From a virus (Duplodnaviria; Caudoviricetes): a stretch of 29,304 nt of DNA. How positions within the stretch are numbered: position 1 is the stretch's first letter; each line of letters starts with the position of its first letter. Position numbers and translations under genes: made by a program. The notes beneath the pieces are model-generated. The model did not search any database. It had not been told where the DNA came from and saw nothing but the letters and a program-made list of their open reading frames with translations. Of the stretch, positions 15,481 to 22,915 are shown piece by piece. The stretch lies in IMG/VR virus record IMGVR_UViG_3300006867_000057, positions 1 through 29,304 of that record. One strand, written 5' to 3'.

Positions 15481-17293
15481 CACGCTGACCGCGAACTACC
15501 ACCTGCTTGTTACGCTCTAGAGTTGCTATGCCGCGCCGCCAGGCTCGCTGCTGCGACTCGCCGCTACCGCCGCCCAGAGCTGCCAGCTCGTCCGCCACGG
15601 CGCGCCACTCCTCGAGCGTGCAGCTCGCCCCAGGCCAGCCCGGAGCGTCGTCGCGACCCCATCGCACGACTGCCAGCGCCAGCGCCTGCAGCAGCTTGTC
15701 TTGCGTCGTGCTGCCGCCTGGCGCAGCTGCCAGGACCGGCACCAGGCTGGCCTCCAGGTCGTCTAGGCAGTGCACCTGAAACTCGACGCGCTGGAGCTCG
15801 AACCACATGGGCAGCAGCTCCTCTGCGTCCTTCTGCTTGTGGTGCAACACCTCGGCGTGCATCTCGTGCTTGCGCACCTGCAGGCTTGTATCGAGCGCGC
15901 CGTGCAGTGCTGAGCTGCCACGCAGCCCCCGCGCCGCGTCCTTGCCCTGGTGCGCGACGACCAGCTGTGTCGCGTCTAGGTGCAGGCGCACCTGGTCGAT
16001 GGCGCGGATGGCGGCTCCCATGTCTTCGGCGCTGTTCTCGTCGCCGCGCAGGCATCTCGCGAGCGTGTCGTACACGACGGCCTTGACGTCGCGCCCTTGG
16101 CGCAGGGCATCGACTGTCTGGATCAGCGCGTCGGCGCCGCCGTCGTCCAGCGGCACTGCCTCCTCGACGAGCAGGAACTGCGCGTCTGCGATCTGCAAGT
16201 TATGGTGCTTGTGCCAGGCCGCCGCCCGCGCCCGCAGGCCCGCAACACCTTCACCCGCGATGTAGACAACCAGGCCTGGGTCTACATCTCGCCCGTTCCA
16301 GCTGCGCGCGTGGGCGATGTGCAGCATCAGGTCGAGCGCCAGGAACGTCTTAAAGCTGCCCGGCGGCCCCCAGATGGCTGCCGTCGCGCGCGCTGGCAAG
16401 ATGCCTGGCACAAGCCATTGCGCCGGCGGTCGCTGCATGAGCTGCTCAAGGGACAGCGCGCGCAGCGGCAGGCTGCTGGTGATGTCGGCTGCGTTCACCT
16501 CGGCGGTCGCGCAGAGCTGCAGCAGCTGCTCGCGCGTGCCACCGGCGGCTATCCAATCGTGCGCGTCGCCCTTTTCAGGCAAACCTGGCAGACGCACGAG
16601 CCGCACTTCGGCCGCAACGCCGGCCAGTGTCTGCATCACCTGCGCCGCGTGCGCCTCGCCGGCCACGTCGTTGTCGGGCAGGACAAAGCAGCGCCTGCCT
16701 GCGAAATACTGCGCCAGCTCTGGCTTCCATGCTTTCGCGCCGCCAGGGTTCGTCGTCGCGAGCACGCCGAGCTGCTCGAGCGCGGCGCATGCCTTCTCGC
16801 CCTCCGCTATAAACAGGTCCGCGTCCGCCTGCGCGACGATCTTGTTAAGCCGCCACGGAATAGGCCGGTAGCTCGGGTCTGCGGTCGGCTTGCGCCCATC
16901 CGCCAGCGCCTGGGAAAAGGTCTTGGTGCCGTCCGCCAGGTCGCGACGCGTGACCCGCAGGTGCACGCTGCCGTCGGCGCGTAAGTAGTCATAGGTCGTG
17001 ACGCGCGGCGCAACGGGCAGCGGCCGCAGCGTCCAGGCTGCAGCGTCTGCCTCGTCGATCTCGGCGCCAAACTCGTCGCGCAGCCACTCTGCGGGGTTCG
17101 CCTTCGGGAAGTGGTGGCGGATCAGATCCGCGACACCACCGCCGACGTTTAACTCGTGGTCAAACCAGGTGCCGGCCTGCACGTCGATCTTGCGGGCGTT
17201 TTGGCTGCCCCAAAAAATCTCGCGCTCAGTGCGCCTGGAAGGCTCACCCCAAAAGTGCTTGGCGACGGGCAGCGCATAGTGCTGCCAGTCCAT
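15425..17293 (-). CDS. Primase-helicase (TOPRIM + RepA/SF4 AAA_25)
   Basis: TOPRIM 'IAEGEK' and 'PDND'; Walker A GPPGSFKT; 'YIAGEG', 'YDTLAR' and 'H.GKD..RGLRGSSAL'; ATG at 17293. Confidence 0.9.
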   Translation of the reverse strand: MDWQHYALPVAKHFWGEPSRRTEREIFWGSQNARKIDVQAGTWFDHELNVGGGVADLIRHHFPKANPAEWLRDEFGAEIDEADAAAWTLRPLPVAPRVTTYDYLRADGSVHLRVTRRDLADGTKTFSQALADGRKPTADPSYRPIPWRLNKIVAQADADLFIAEGEKACAALEQLGVLATTNPGGAKAWKPELAQYFAGRRCFVLPDNDVAGEAHAAQVMQTLAGVAAEVRLVRLPGLPEKGDAHDWIAAGGTREQLLQLCATAEVNAADITSSLPLRALSLEQLMQRPPAQWLVPGILPARATAAIWGPPGSFKTFLALDLMLHIAHARSWNGRDVDPGLVVYIAGEGVAGLRARAAAWHKHHNLQIADAQFLLVEEAVPLDDGGADALIQTVDALRQGRDVKAVVYDTLARCLRGDENSAEDMGAAIRAIDQVRLHLDATQLVVAHQGKDAARGLRGSSALHGALDTSLQVRKHEMHAEVLHHKQKDAEELLPMWFELQRVEFQVHCLDDLEASLVPVLAAAPGGSTTQDKLLQALALAVVRWGRDDAPGWPGASCTLEEWRAVADELAALGGGSGESQQRAWRRGIATLERNKQVVVRGQRAGQLSGGLSGGLSGRGAE

Positions 17294-17295
17294 CG

Positions 17296-17826
17296 CTAGA
17301 AAATCTCGCCGGCTCCAGCGTCGCCACCTGCCGGCGCCGCGCAGCGCCAACGCTTGAGGTTGCTTTTCCAGTCAAGCCAGCCGCGTATCTCCTCGGGCTT
17401 ATGCGGCGCGTCTACCCAGGCCTCGACCGCCAGCACTGGCATGTGGTTGTTGTTTTTGCCCGATTTAATGACTTCCTTGACGCTGGCGACGACGACCTTG
17501 CCGGCGTTATCCTTCGCGCCCTTTAACACGTCGCGCTGCAGGCCTTGGATCGCGTTGCGGTTCATCTGACCGATGCTGCGCCAGTGCACCCAGCAGTCGC
17601 TTGGCGCGCCGTCAGCTGCCGCCAGCCACACGTCAACCTGAAACGCCGGCTTGTAATCTTCGCCGGGCCGCTGGATGCTCGTGCCCGCCACTGCTGCCCA
17701 CACGAAGTCGCTGTTGCCTTGCGCAAGCATCCCCCAGCCCGTCTTTAGGCTGCCCCAGTCAATCGTTAGCCGCTTGAGCTCAATGTCGCTCTGCTCGCGC
17801 TCGCCTTCGCCTGCATATTCAAACAT
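17296..17826 (-). CDS. Putative ssDNA-binding protein
   Basis: Aromatic-rich beta-type core ('IDW.SLKTGW', 'P..DYK.AF.V'), flexible tail ending EIF, AGGAG SD; lies between the resolvase and primase. Confidence 0.5.
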   Translation of the reverse strand: MFEYAGEGEREQSDIELKRLTIDWGSLKTGWGMLAQGNSDFVWAAVAGTSIQRPGEDYKPAFQVDVWLAAADGAPSDCWVHWRSIGQMNRNAIQGLQRDVLKGAKDNAGKVVVASVKEVIKSGKNNNHMPVLAVEAWVDAPHKPEEIRGWLDWKSNLKRWRCAAPAGGDAGAGEIF

Positions 17827-18181
17827 CTGTAGTCTCCTCGCTTGGGTTCGCCGGATATCTCTGCGGAAGGCCAGCCCACCGGCACAGGCTGGCGAAAGTG
17901 TCGAAGGGCATGACGACCAGGCTGTCGCGCTGATCGTCGCGCACGAACAGCAGGTCGCTTCCGCCGCCTTGCTCGAGCGCCTGGTACAGGCTGCTGTAGC
18001 TGCGCTTGCGTCGCTTGCACTCGGCTGTCATCCCAGCCAGCTGCAGGTCGCCCTTGAAGCCTTGGGCGGCGCCGCTCAGCGGCACGCGCTTGCACTCGAT
18101 GCCGATAGCCCGGATCTGCTGCCGTATCTCGCGCTCGAACGCGCTGCCTTTCCTGCGCGCGCCGGCGCCGCTAACGCTCAC
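17819..18181 (-). CDS. Hjc-like Holliday junction resolvase (PD-(D/E)XK)
   Basis: 'RKGSAFERE', 'RVPLSGA', 'KGDL' and 'ECKRRK' motifs. Confidence 0.85.
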   Translation of the reverse strand: MSVSGAGARRKGSAFEREIRQQIRAIGIECKRVPLSGAAQGFKGDLQLAGMTAECKRRKRSYSSLYQALEQGGGSDLLFVRDDQRDSLVVMPFDTFASLCRWAGLPQRYPANPSEETTDV

Positions 18182-18384
18182 TGGTAGCCTGCGCTTCTGA
18201 TCACTGCGTCAGCCGCCCTGGCGCGACTGCGCTCGCGGAGGCCTCGCTCCAGCAGCTCCTCAGCAAGGCTGCTCTGACTGCGGCGCTCGAACGCTGCAGC
18301 CGCTGCCAAAGCCTCGCAGCAGGCAGTCGATAAGTGCAGGTGCTTGCCGATCAGGGCCCGTAAGGGCTTGTTTTTAATAGCCAT
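18178..18384 (-). CDS. Ribbon-helix-helix (Arc/CopG-like) regulator
   Basis: Alternating strand 'KHLHLS', a helix, then 'ERRSQSSLAEELLERGL'; first gene of the leftward operon. Confidence 0.65.
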   Translation of the reverse strand: MAIKNKPLRALIGKHLHLSTACCEALAAAAAFERRSQSSLAEELLERGLRERSRARAADAVIRSAGYQ

Positions 18385-18496
18385 TCTGCCCCGACATTTT
18401 TATTAAAAAAAAGTACCGTTAGGGTATTGCAAAGGTACCGCCACGGTATTACGTTGCAAGGGTAAGTTTGCAGTACCCAAACGGTGGAGGAGAGAT
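18385..18496. promoter_or_regulatory. Divergent control region with a rightward promoter and repeated operators
   Basis: AT-rich; TTGCAA (18427-18432), 17 bp, TACGTT (18450-18455); TACC-N5-GGT dyads at 18413-18428, 18435-18450 and 18473-18487. Confidence 0.7.
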
Positions 18497-18976
18497 ATGG
18501 AAGCCAGACTCTGGGTAACGACCTACGCGAAGTACAATGCCGGCACGCTGATCGGGAAGTGGTTTGATCTTGACGAGTACGCGAGCCGGGACGAGTTCCT
18601 GGCGGCTGCGACGGCTTATGTCGCAGAAGCGGACCCCGAGCTGATGTTCTGCGACTACGAAGGGTTCCCGGCTGCCTGGTACTGCGAAAGCAGTGCGCCG
18701 CCGGACGAGCTGTGGGACTGGCTGGAAATGAGCGATGAGGATAAGGCGCTCGCCAAGCTGCTCGCAGAAGTCGGCATCAACATGGAGCCAGGCGACGCGA
18801 TGATCTTCGAAGGAAGCGCCGAGAACTACGCGGCCGAGCTAGTGGCCGATTGCTACGACCTGCCAGAGATTGCTGAGCGGTACTTCGACTACGAGGCCTT
18901 CGCTCGCGACTTGGTGCTAGGGGGCGACATAGTTGAGCTGGCGCCTGATGTTTGGCTAACAAACCCGAACGGCTAG
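18497..18976 (+). CDS. ardA: Antirestriction protein ArdA (DNA mimic)
   Basis: 'V.TYAKYNAG.L.GKW.DL', 'DPELMF.DYEGFP' and 'YFDYEAFARDL' motifs; very acidic; GGAGG SD. Confidence 0.92.
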   Translation: MEARLWVTTYAKYNAGTLIGKWFDLDEYASRDEFLAAATAYVAEADPELMFCDYEGFPAAWYCESSAPPDELWDWLEMSDEDKALAKLLAEVGINMEPGDAMIFEGSAENYAAELVADCYDLPEIAERYFDYEAFARDLVLGGDIVELAPDVWLTNPNG

Positions 18977-18986
18977 GAGGAGAGAT

Positions 18987-19262
18987 ATGAGCTACGAAAA
19001 AGGCGTGACCGAAAAGTACGGCTGGATCATTGACAAGGATTGCTGCGACGAAGCTGCCGGAGCGACCGGCGTAACAGGCCCAGTTGGCGGGCTCACAGTG
19101 GCACCCGGCGAGGGTGAAAAGTTCGAGCTGTACGACGACGACGAGAACCTGATGGCAAAGGGACGGATCGTTGGCGACTTTACCGGCTTCGAGCCCCTCG
19201 ATGATATTGGAATGGGGTACTGGGGCTGCACGTTGATTTCTTATGGTGGGGAATACCTATGA
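18987..19262 (+). CDS. Small acidic hypothetical protein, 91 aa
   Basis: Strong SD; 'FELYDDD.....G......GFEPLDD.G...GCT.I.Y' motif. Confidence 0.75.
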   Translation: MSYEKGVTEKYGWIIDKDCCDEAAGATGVTGPVGGLTVAPGEGEKFELYDDDENLMAKGRIVGDFTGFEPLDDIGMGYWGCTLISYGGEYL

Positions 19263-19432
19263 GCTACGAAACATGCAGGTGCGGCAGCGGAGAGGTTGCT
19301 CGCTGGGTAAAGGACGCTCGCGGGATACCAGTCGCCAAATGCTGCCGCGACTGCGAGGCCGACAAGCTAAAGGGCTACAGACGCGAGATATTTACGGACC
19401 CGAACTACTGGACTGACGAGCCAGTCGAGTAG
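19259..19432 (+). CDS. Small Cys-rich protein, 57 aa (not in the ORF track)
   Basis: MSYETCRCGSGEVARWVKDARGIPVAKCCRDCEADKLKGYRREIFTDPNYWTDEPVE; ATGA overlap with the upstream stop. Confidence 0.7.
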   Translation: MSYETCRCGSGEVARWVKDARGIPVAKCCRDCEADKLKGYRREIFTDPNYWTDEPVE

Positions 19433-19475
19433 TGGCTTGATTATGCAGAACTCAATAGGTACATAAGGCATAGAT

Positions 19476-20081
19476 ATGCAGTCTGTAATCAGGAGCATGG
19501 TGAAGGAGGTGGCCGGGCTCAGCGTGACGCTGGGCCTGGCGACGCCGTGGTTCGCTGACAATCTGCAGCTGGTTGTTCGCGGCAGGTCGAGCCTGGCCGG
19601 CAAGCGCTGCGGGAAGCCGTGGGCGCAGATCTCGCCGGACAGTGGATCCTGGTGGTGGACGCCGTTAGATGCGGCGCGGGTGCGGGCGGGCGCCGAGCGG
19701 CTGCGGCCAGGCCGCAAGCGGGATCGCTGGTTACGCCGGGCTGTCGCGCTCGAGGCCGGCGCAAGCATCCGGGGCGAGTACGACAGCATCGCCTGCGACC
19801 CGGAGATCGGCGACCTGATGGGTGACGCGCGCGACACGTTAGCGCCGCTGGCGATGGTCGTGTGCCACGAGCTCGCGCACGCCGTCGATTACGCTGGGGA
19901 GCCCGTCAAGGTCACGACCGGCGGGCACAAGAAGGCCTGGCAACAGATCTACAGAGAGCTACGCAACGCGTATGTGGCGAGCGGCGCCTATAAGCCGACC
20001 GTGGCAGCCAATGTGGTGCCGCTCGCAAGAAAAAAGGACATGCGGCTGGTAGGGCTGCCGCTGTTCGATCAAGCAGCATAG
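19476..20081 (+). CDS. SprT-like zinc metalloprotease-domain protein
   Basis: 'VVCHELAHAV' (HExxH) followed by 'GHKKAWQQIY'. Confidence 0.7.
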   Translation: MQSVIRSMVKEVAGLSVTLGLATPWFADNLQLVVRGRSSLAGKRCGKPWAQISPDSGSWWWTPLDAARVRAGAERLRPGRKRDRWLRRAVALEAGASIRGEYDSIACDPEIGDLMGDARDTLAPLAMVVCHELAHAVDYAGEPVKVTTGGHKKAWQQIYRELRNAYVASGAYKPTVAANVVPLARKKDMRLVGLPLFDQAA

Positions 20082-20092
20082 GAGGAGGAACC

Positions 20093-20818
20093 ATGGCAGA
20101 GGCAGGCAAAGCACATCGCGGCAAATACGTCGCGTATTACCGCGTCAGCACGAAGCGACAAGGCGCCAGCGGGCTCGGGCTCGCGGCGCAGCGCCAAATG
20201 GTAGAGGCGCACCTTAACGGCGGCGCCTGGGAGCTGATAGCCGAGTTTACGGAAGCCGAAAGCGGCAAGCGCACCGACAGGCGCCGGCCTGAGTTGCGCA
20301 AGGCGCTCGAGCTGTGCAGGTCGCAGCGCGCGACGCTGATCGTAGCCAAGATGGACAGGCTGTCGCGTAACCTGCCGTTTCTGACAAGGCTCCTCGAGGC
20401 GGACGTTAAGCTGATCGTTTGCGACATTCCGGAGATGGGGTCGCCAAGCCAAAACCGCTTCCTGCTGCAACTAATGGCTAACATAGCCGAGCTCGAGGGC
20501 GCGCAAATAAGCGAGCGCACGACGGCCGCGCTTGCAGCTGCCAAGCGGCGCGGGACGCGGCTCGGCACGCCGGACCCGGCAGCGGCCGCCAAGAAGGCCG
20601 GCATCGCTGTGGCGAAGGACGCGGACGCTTACGCCCGAGAAGTGGGCCCGGTTCTCGACCAGCTTGAGCAATACGGCTGCGAGACGCTGCAGCAGCTCGC
20701 TGACGGTTTGAAAGCAAGAGGCGTAAGGACTGCGCGGGGCGGCGACACATGGAGCCTCAGCTCTGTGCGCAACACGCGGCTGCGCTATCGCAAACTGCAA
20801 AAGAAAGGGCGTGCGTGA
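20093..20818 (+). CDS. Serine recombinase (resolvase domain plus short C-terminal DNA-binding domain)
   Basis: 'YYRVST..QG.SGLGL.AQ' (catalytic Ser), 'ESGK...RPEL', 'KMDRLSRN' and 'ISERT..AL' motifs. Confidence 0.92.
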   Translation: MAEAGKAHRGKYVAYYRVSTKRQGASGLGLAAQRQMVEAHLNGGAWELIAEFTEAESGKRTDRRRPELRKALELCRSQRATLIVAKMDRLSRNLPFLTRLLEADVKLIVCDIPEMGSPSQNRFLLQLMANIAELEGAQISERTTAALAAAKRRGTRLGTPDPAAAAKKAGIAVAKDADAYAREVGPVLDQLEQYGCETLQQLADGLKARGVRTARGGDTWSLSSVRNTRLRYRKLQKKGRA

Positions 20819-21438
20819 TGCATATTAGTAATGGTGTTGCCGACCGCAGGAGCGCGTGGGCGTCGTACCTGCAGAGCCGGGTCAGCGAGTATGTGGACAC
20901 ACACTGCGCTTATGTGAAAGTTGACCCGGCCGACCTGGGCGCGCTGCGCTCGCTGGACGCGACCAATAACGCTCGCATGCGTATGCTCGCGAGTTTCGTA
21001 GAGAGTACCTACTTGACGCACTGTGGCGCTCCGGTCAAAGCCCTGCTGAGTGGCGAGCGCTCGGCCCTTTATTGGGTGGTGGGCAACTGGCTGCGCTGGG
21101 TGCTGGCCGACGCGGACGAGCCACCGACCGTCGGCGACTTGGTTGCATTTTCCGTGCAGTTTGACACGCCGGCGACCGCCGCGCGGATCGTGCCGAGGCT
21201 GCGAGCGGCGGGCCTGGTAACGACGCAGCCCGGGCCTGGATCTCGCAAGCATGTGCTGCCGTCGCGCACCTGCGTGCGAAATGGCGCTGTGTCGCACATC
21301 ACATGGAACATGAACATGTTGACAGCCAGCCGGGCGCTGCAGAGCAATGACTACCTTGCCACCTGGTCGAAGGCGAGCCCGGAGGCGAAGCAGCTGCTCG
21401 ATGAGTGTGTAGCGCGATACCAGCACCTATTTGGCTAG
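20818..21438 (+). CDS. Hypothetical protein with an internal winged-HTH
   Basis: TGATG coupling to the recombinase; 'PTVGDL...TPATAARIV..LRAAGLV' resembles MarR-type wHTH. Confidence 0.55.
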   Translation: MHISNGVADRRSAWASYLQSRVSEYVDTHCAYVKVDPADLGALRSLDATNNARMRMLASFVESTYLTHCGAPVKALLSGERSALYWVVGNWLRWVLADADEPPTVGDLVAFSVQFDTPATAARIVPRLRAAGLVTTQPGPGSRKHVLPSRTCVRNGAVSHITWNMNMLTASRALQSNDYLATWSKASPEAKQLLDECVARYQHLFG

Positions 21439-21440
21439 GG

Positions 21441-21489
21441 CGCAGAAATGCTGAGCAAAACTGCACGCAGAATTGCTGAGCAACACTGC
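21441..21489. repeat. Two tandem palindromic sites (24-bp repeats, 25-bp period)
   Basis: CGCAGAAATGCTGAGCAAAACTGC (21441-21464) and CGCAGAATTGCTGAGCAACACTGC (21466-21489); 22/24 identical. Confidence 0.8.
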
Positions 21490-21525
21490 GATAGCTTTTG
21501 TGCGGAACCTGAGTACAAGAGAGGT

Positions 21526-22635
21526 ATGAAGTTGAAACTGCCATATCTGGTCGAGGAGCAAGCAGGCGGTCGGACCTATCACTATGTGCGCAAGGGCAAA
21601 GGCCCGCGCGTCGCCATCACCGCGCAGCCTGGGACGGCTGAGTTTGGACGCCAGTACGCAGACGCGCTAAACGCGCTGTCGCATGGTCAGGCGCAGGTCA
21701 GCGCGCCGCGCTTCCAGTGGCGACACCTTGTTAGTGCTTACCTAAACTCTGCTGCGGTCCAGCGGCTGCATCCCGAGACGCGCCGGGTGAGGCGCCGCGT
21801 GCTCGAGCAGTTCCTGCACGACTGGGCCGCCAAGGACTACCGCAAGCTCGAGGCGCTGGACGTGATCGAGGTTCTGGAGCAGAAGGCGCGGCGACCGGAA
21901 GCTGCGATCACGCGCCTAAAGGCTATACGCGCAGTGCTTAATTACGCTGTCAGGCGCGAGCTGGTTGCAACGAATGTCGCGCTGAGCGAGAAGGTCGCCG
22001 CCTATGCGCGAGAGGAGCTGCGGCGCGACAGCGGCGGGCATAAGGCCTGGACGCGCGAGCTGATTGCTCGCTTTTACAAGCACTATGAGCTGGGCGAGCG
22101 TGAGCACTTGCTGATGACCCTCCTGCTGTACACAGGCTGCCGCATCAGTGACGCAGCGATGCTGGGGCCGCAGCACGAGCGCGCCGGGTTCCTGGTCTGG
22201 AACGAGACGAAGGGTCGCGGCCGCTACGCGAAAGACGCGACTGCCGTGCCGATCCTGCCGCCCTTGCGCGCGGCTATCGACGCCGCGCCGACCGGCGACA
22301 TGGTGTACATGGTGACGGAGCTCGGCTTGAGCTACTCCGTCAAAGGCCTGGCGCAGTGGTTCGTCAAGCGTTGCCGCGAGGCCGGCATACCGGCCGGCTA
22401 CACAGCGCATGGCGTGCGCAAGGCAGCAGCGACGATGATCGCGGAGGCCGGCGCTAGCGAGGACGAGCTGATGAGCATGTTCGGCTGGCAGTCCAGCAAG
22501 CAGGCGCGCGTCTACACGCGCACAGCAAACAGGCAGCGTCTAGCAGCGAGCGCTGCGCGCCGGCTGTACCAAGAAACATTGCAGGAACAGGGCGCCCCTA
22601 GCCCTGCCCCTAACCGCAAGGTATATAATGAGTAA
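21526..22635 (+). CDS. int: Tyrosine integrase
   Basis: 'LLYTGCRISD' (R), 'HGVRK' (HxxR), 'FGW' and 'VYTR' (Y); N-terminal arm-binding-like region; frame open from 21448. Confidence 0.93.
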   Translation: MKLKLPYLVEEQAGGRTYHYVRKGKGPRVAITAQPGTAEFGRQYADALNALSHGQAQVSAPRFQWRHLVSAYLNSAAVQRLHPETRRVRRRVLEQFLHDWAAKDYRKLEALDVIEVLEQKARRPEAAITRLKAIRAVLNYAVRRELVATNVALSEKVAAYAREELRRDSGGHKAWTRELIARFYKHYELGEREHLLMTLLLYTGCRISDAAMLGPQHERAGFLVWNETKGRGRYAKDATAVPILPPLRAAIDAAPTGDMVYMVTELGLSYSVKGLAQWFVKRCREAGIPAGYTAHGVRKAAATMIAEAGASEDELMSMFGWQSSKQARVYTRTANRQRLAASAARRLYQETLQEQGAPSPAPNRKVYNE

Positions 22636-22734
22636 CCCCAGGCAGCTTGTGGGCTGCGGGGCGTCGATGGAGGCCGGGACCGGGCTCACCTTTGTGAGCA
22701 CTGCCAACGGTTTACCAATTTCGTCCCGCCCTAA
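22594..22734. other. Probable attP with a core matching a tRNA-Cys 3' end
   Basis: Minus strand 22683-22668 reads CCGGTCCCGGCCTCCA; arm-like repeats GCCCCTA (22594, 22606) and GCCCTAA (22728); IHF-like CAAcggtTTA near 22705-22714; directly after int. Confidence 0.6.
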
Positions 22735-22765
22735 TCCACAGGCTGCCTCAACCTAGGAGGCAGCA

Positions 22766-22915
22766 GTGAGCACAGTATTTCAGCGAGTTTTAGCTCTACA
22801 TCTTGAGACAGCGACAGGCCAGCGCATTACACCTACACAGGTGTTGCCCTCGGCAGCCGTTTGGCTCCTCGTCATGGCCGCGCTCGTGGCTGCCTATTTC
22901 GTAGGTGCAGCATGA
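22766..22915 (+). CDS. Small membrane protein, 49 aa (not in the ORF track)
   Basis: AGGAGG SD and GTG start; C-terminal TM 'AAVWLLVMAALVAAYFVGAA'; ATGA overlap with the exonuclease start. Confidence 0.6.
   Translation: MSTVFQRVLALHLETATGQRITPTQVLPSAAVWLLVMAALVAAYFVGAA

Noticed and set aside
13598-16984. Long plus-strand ORFs (13598..14659, 15217..16086, 15980..16984) and similar antisense ORFs elsewhere
   Set aside because: Shadow frames of motif-bearing minus-strand genes in high-GC DNA; Arg/Pro-rich with no recognisable motifs.
21441-21489. CRISPR mini-array
   Set aside because: Only two repeats separated by 1 bp; no spacer and no cas genes.
22668-22732. Functional tRNA gene
   Set aside because: Only 64 nt, with no TTCRA T-loop or anticodon arm; treated as an att core or tRNA-like remnant.
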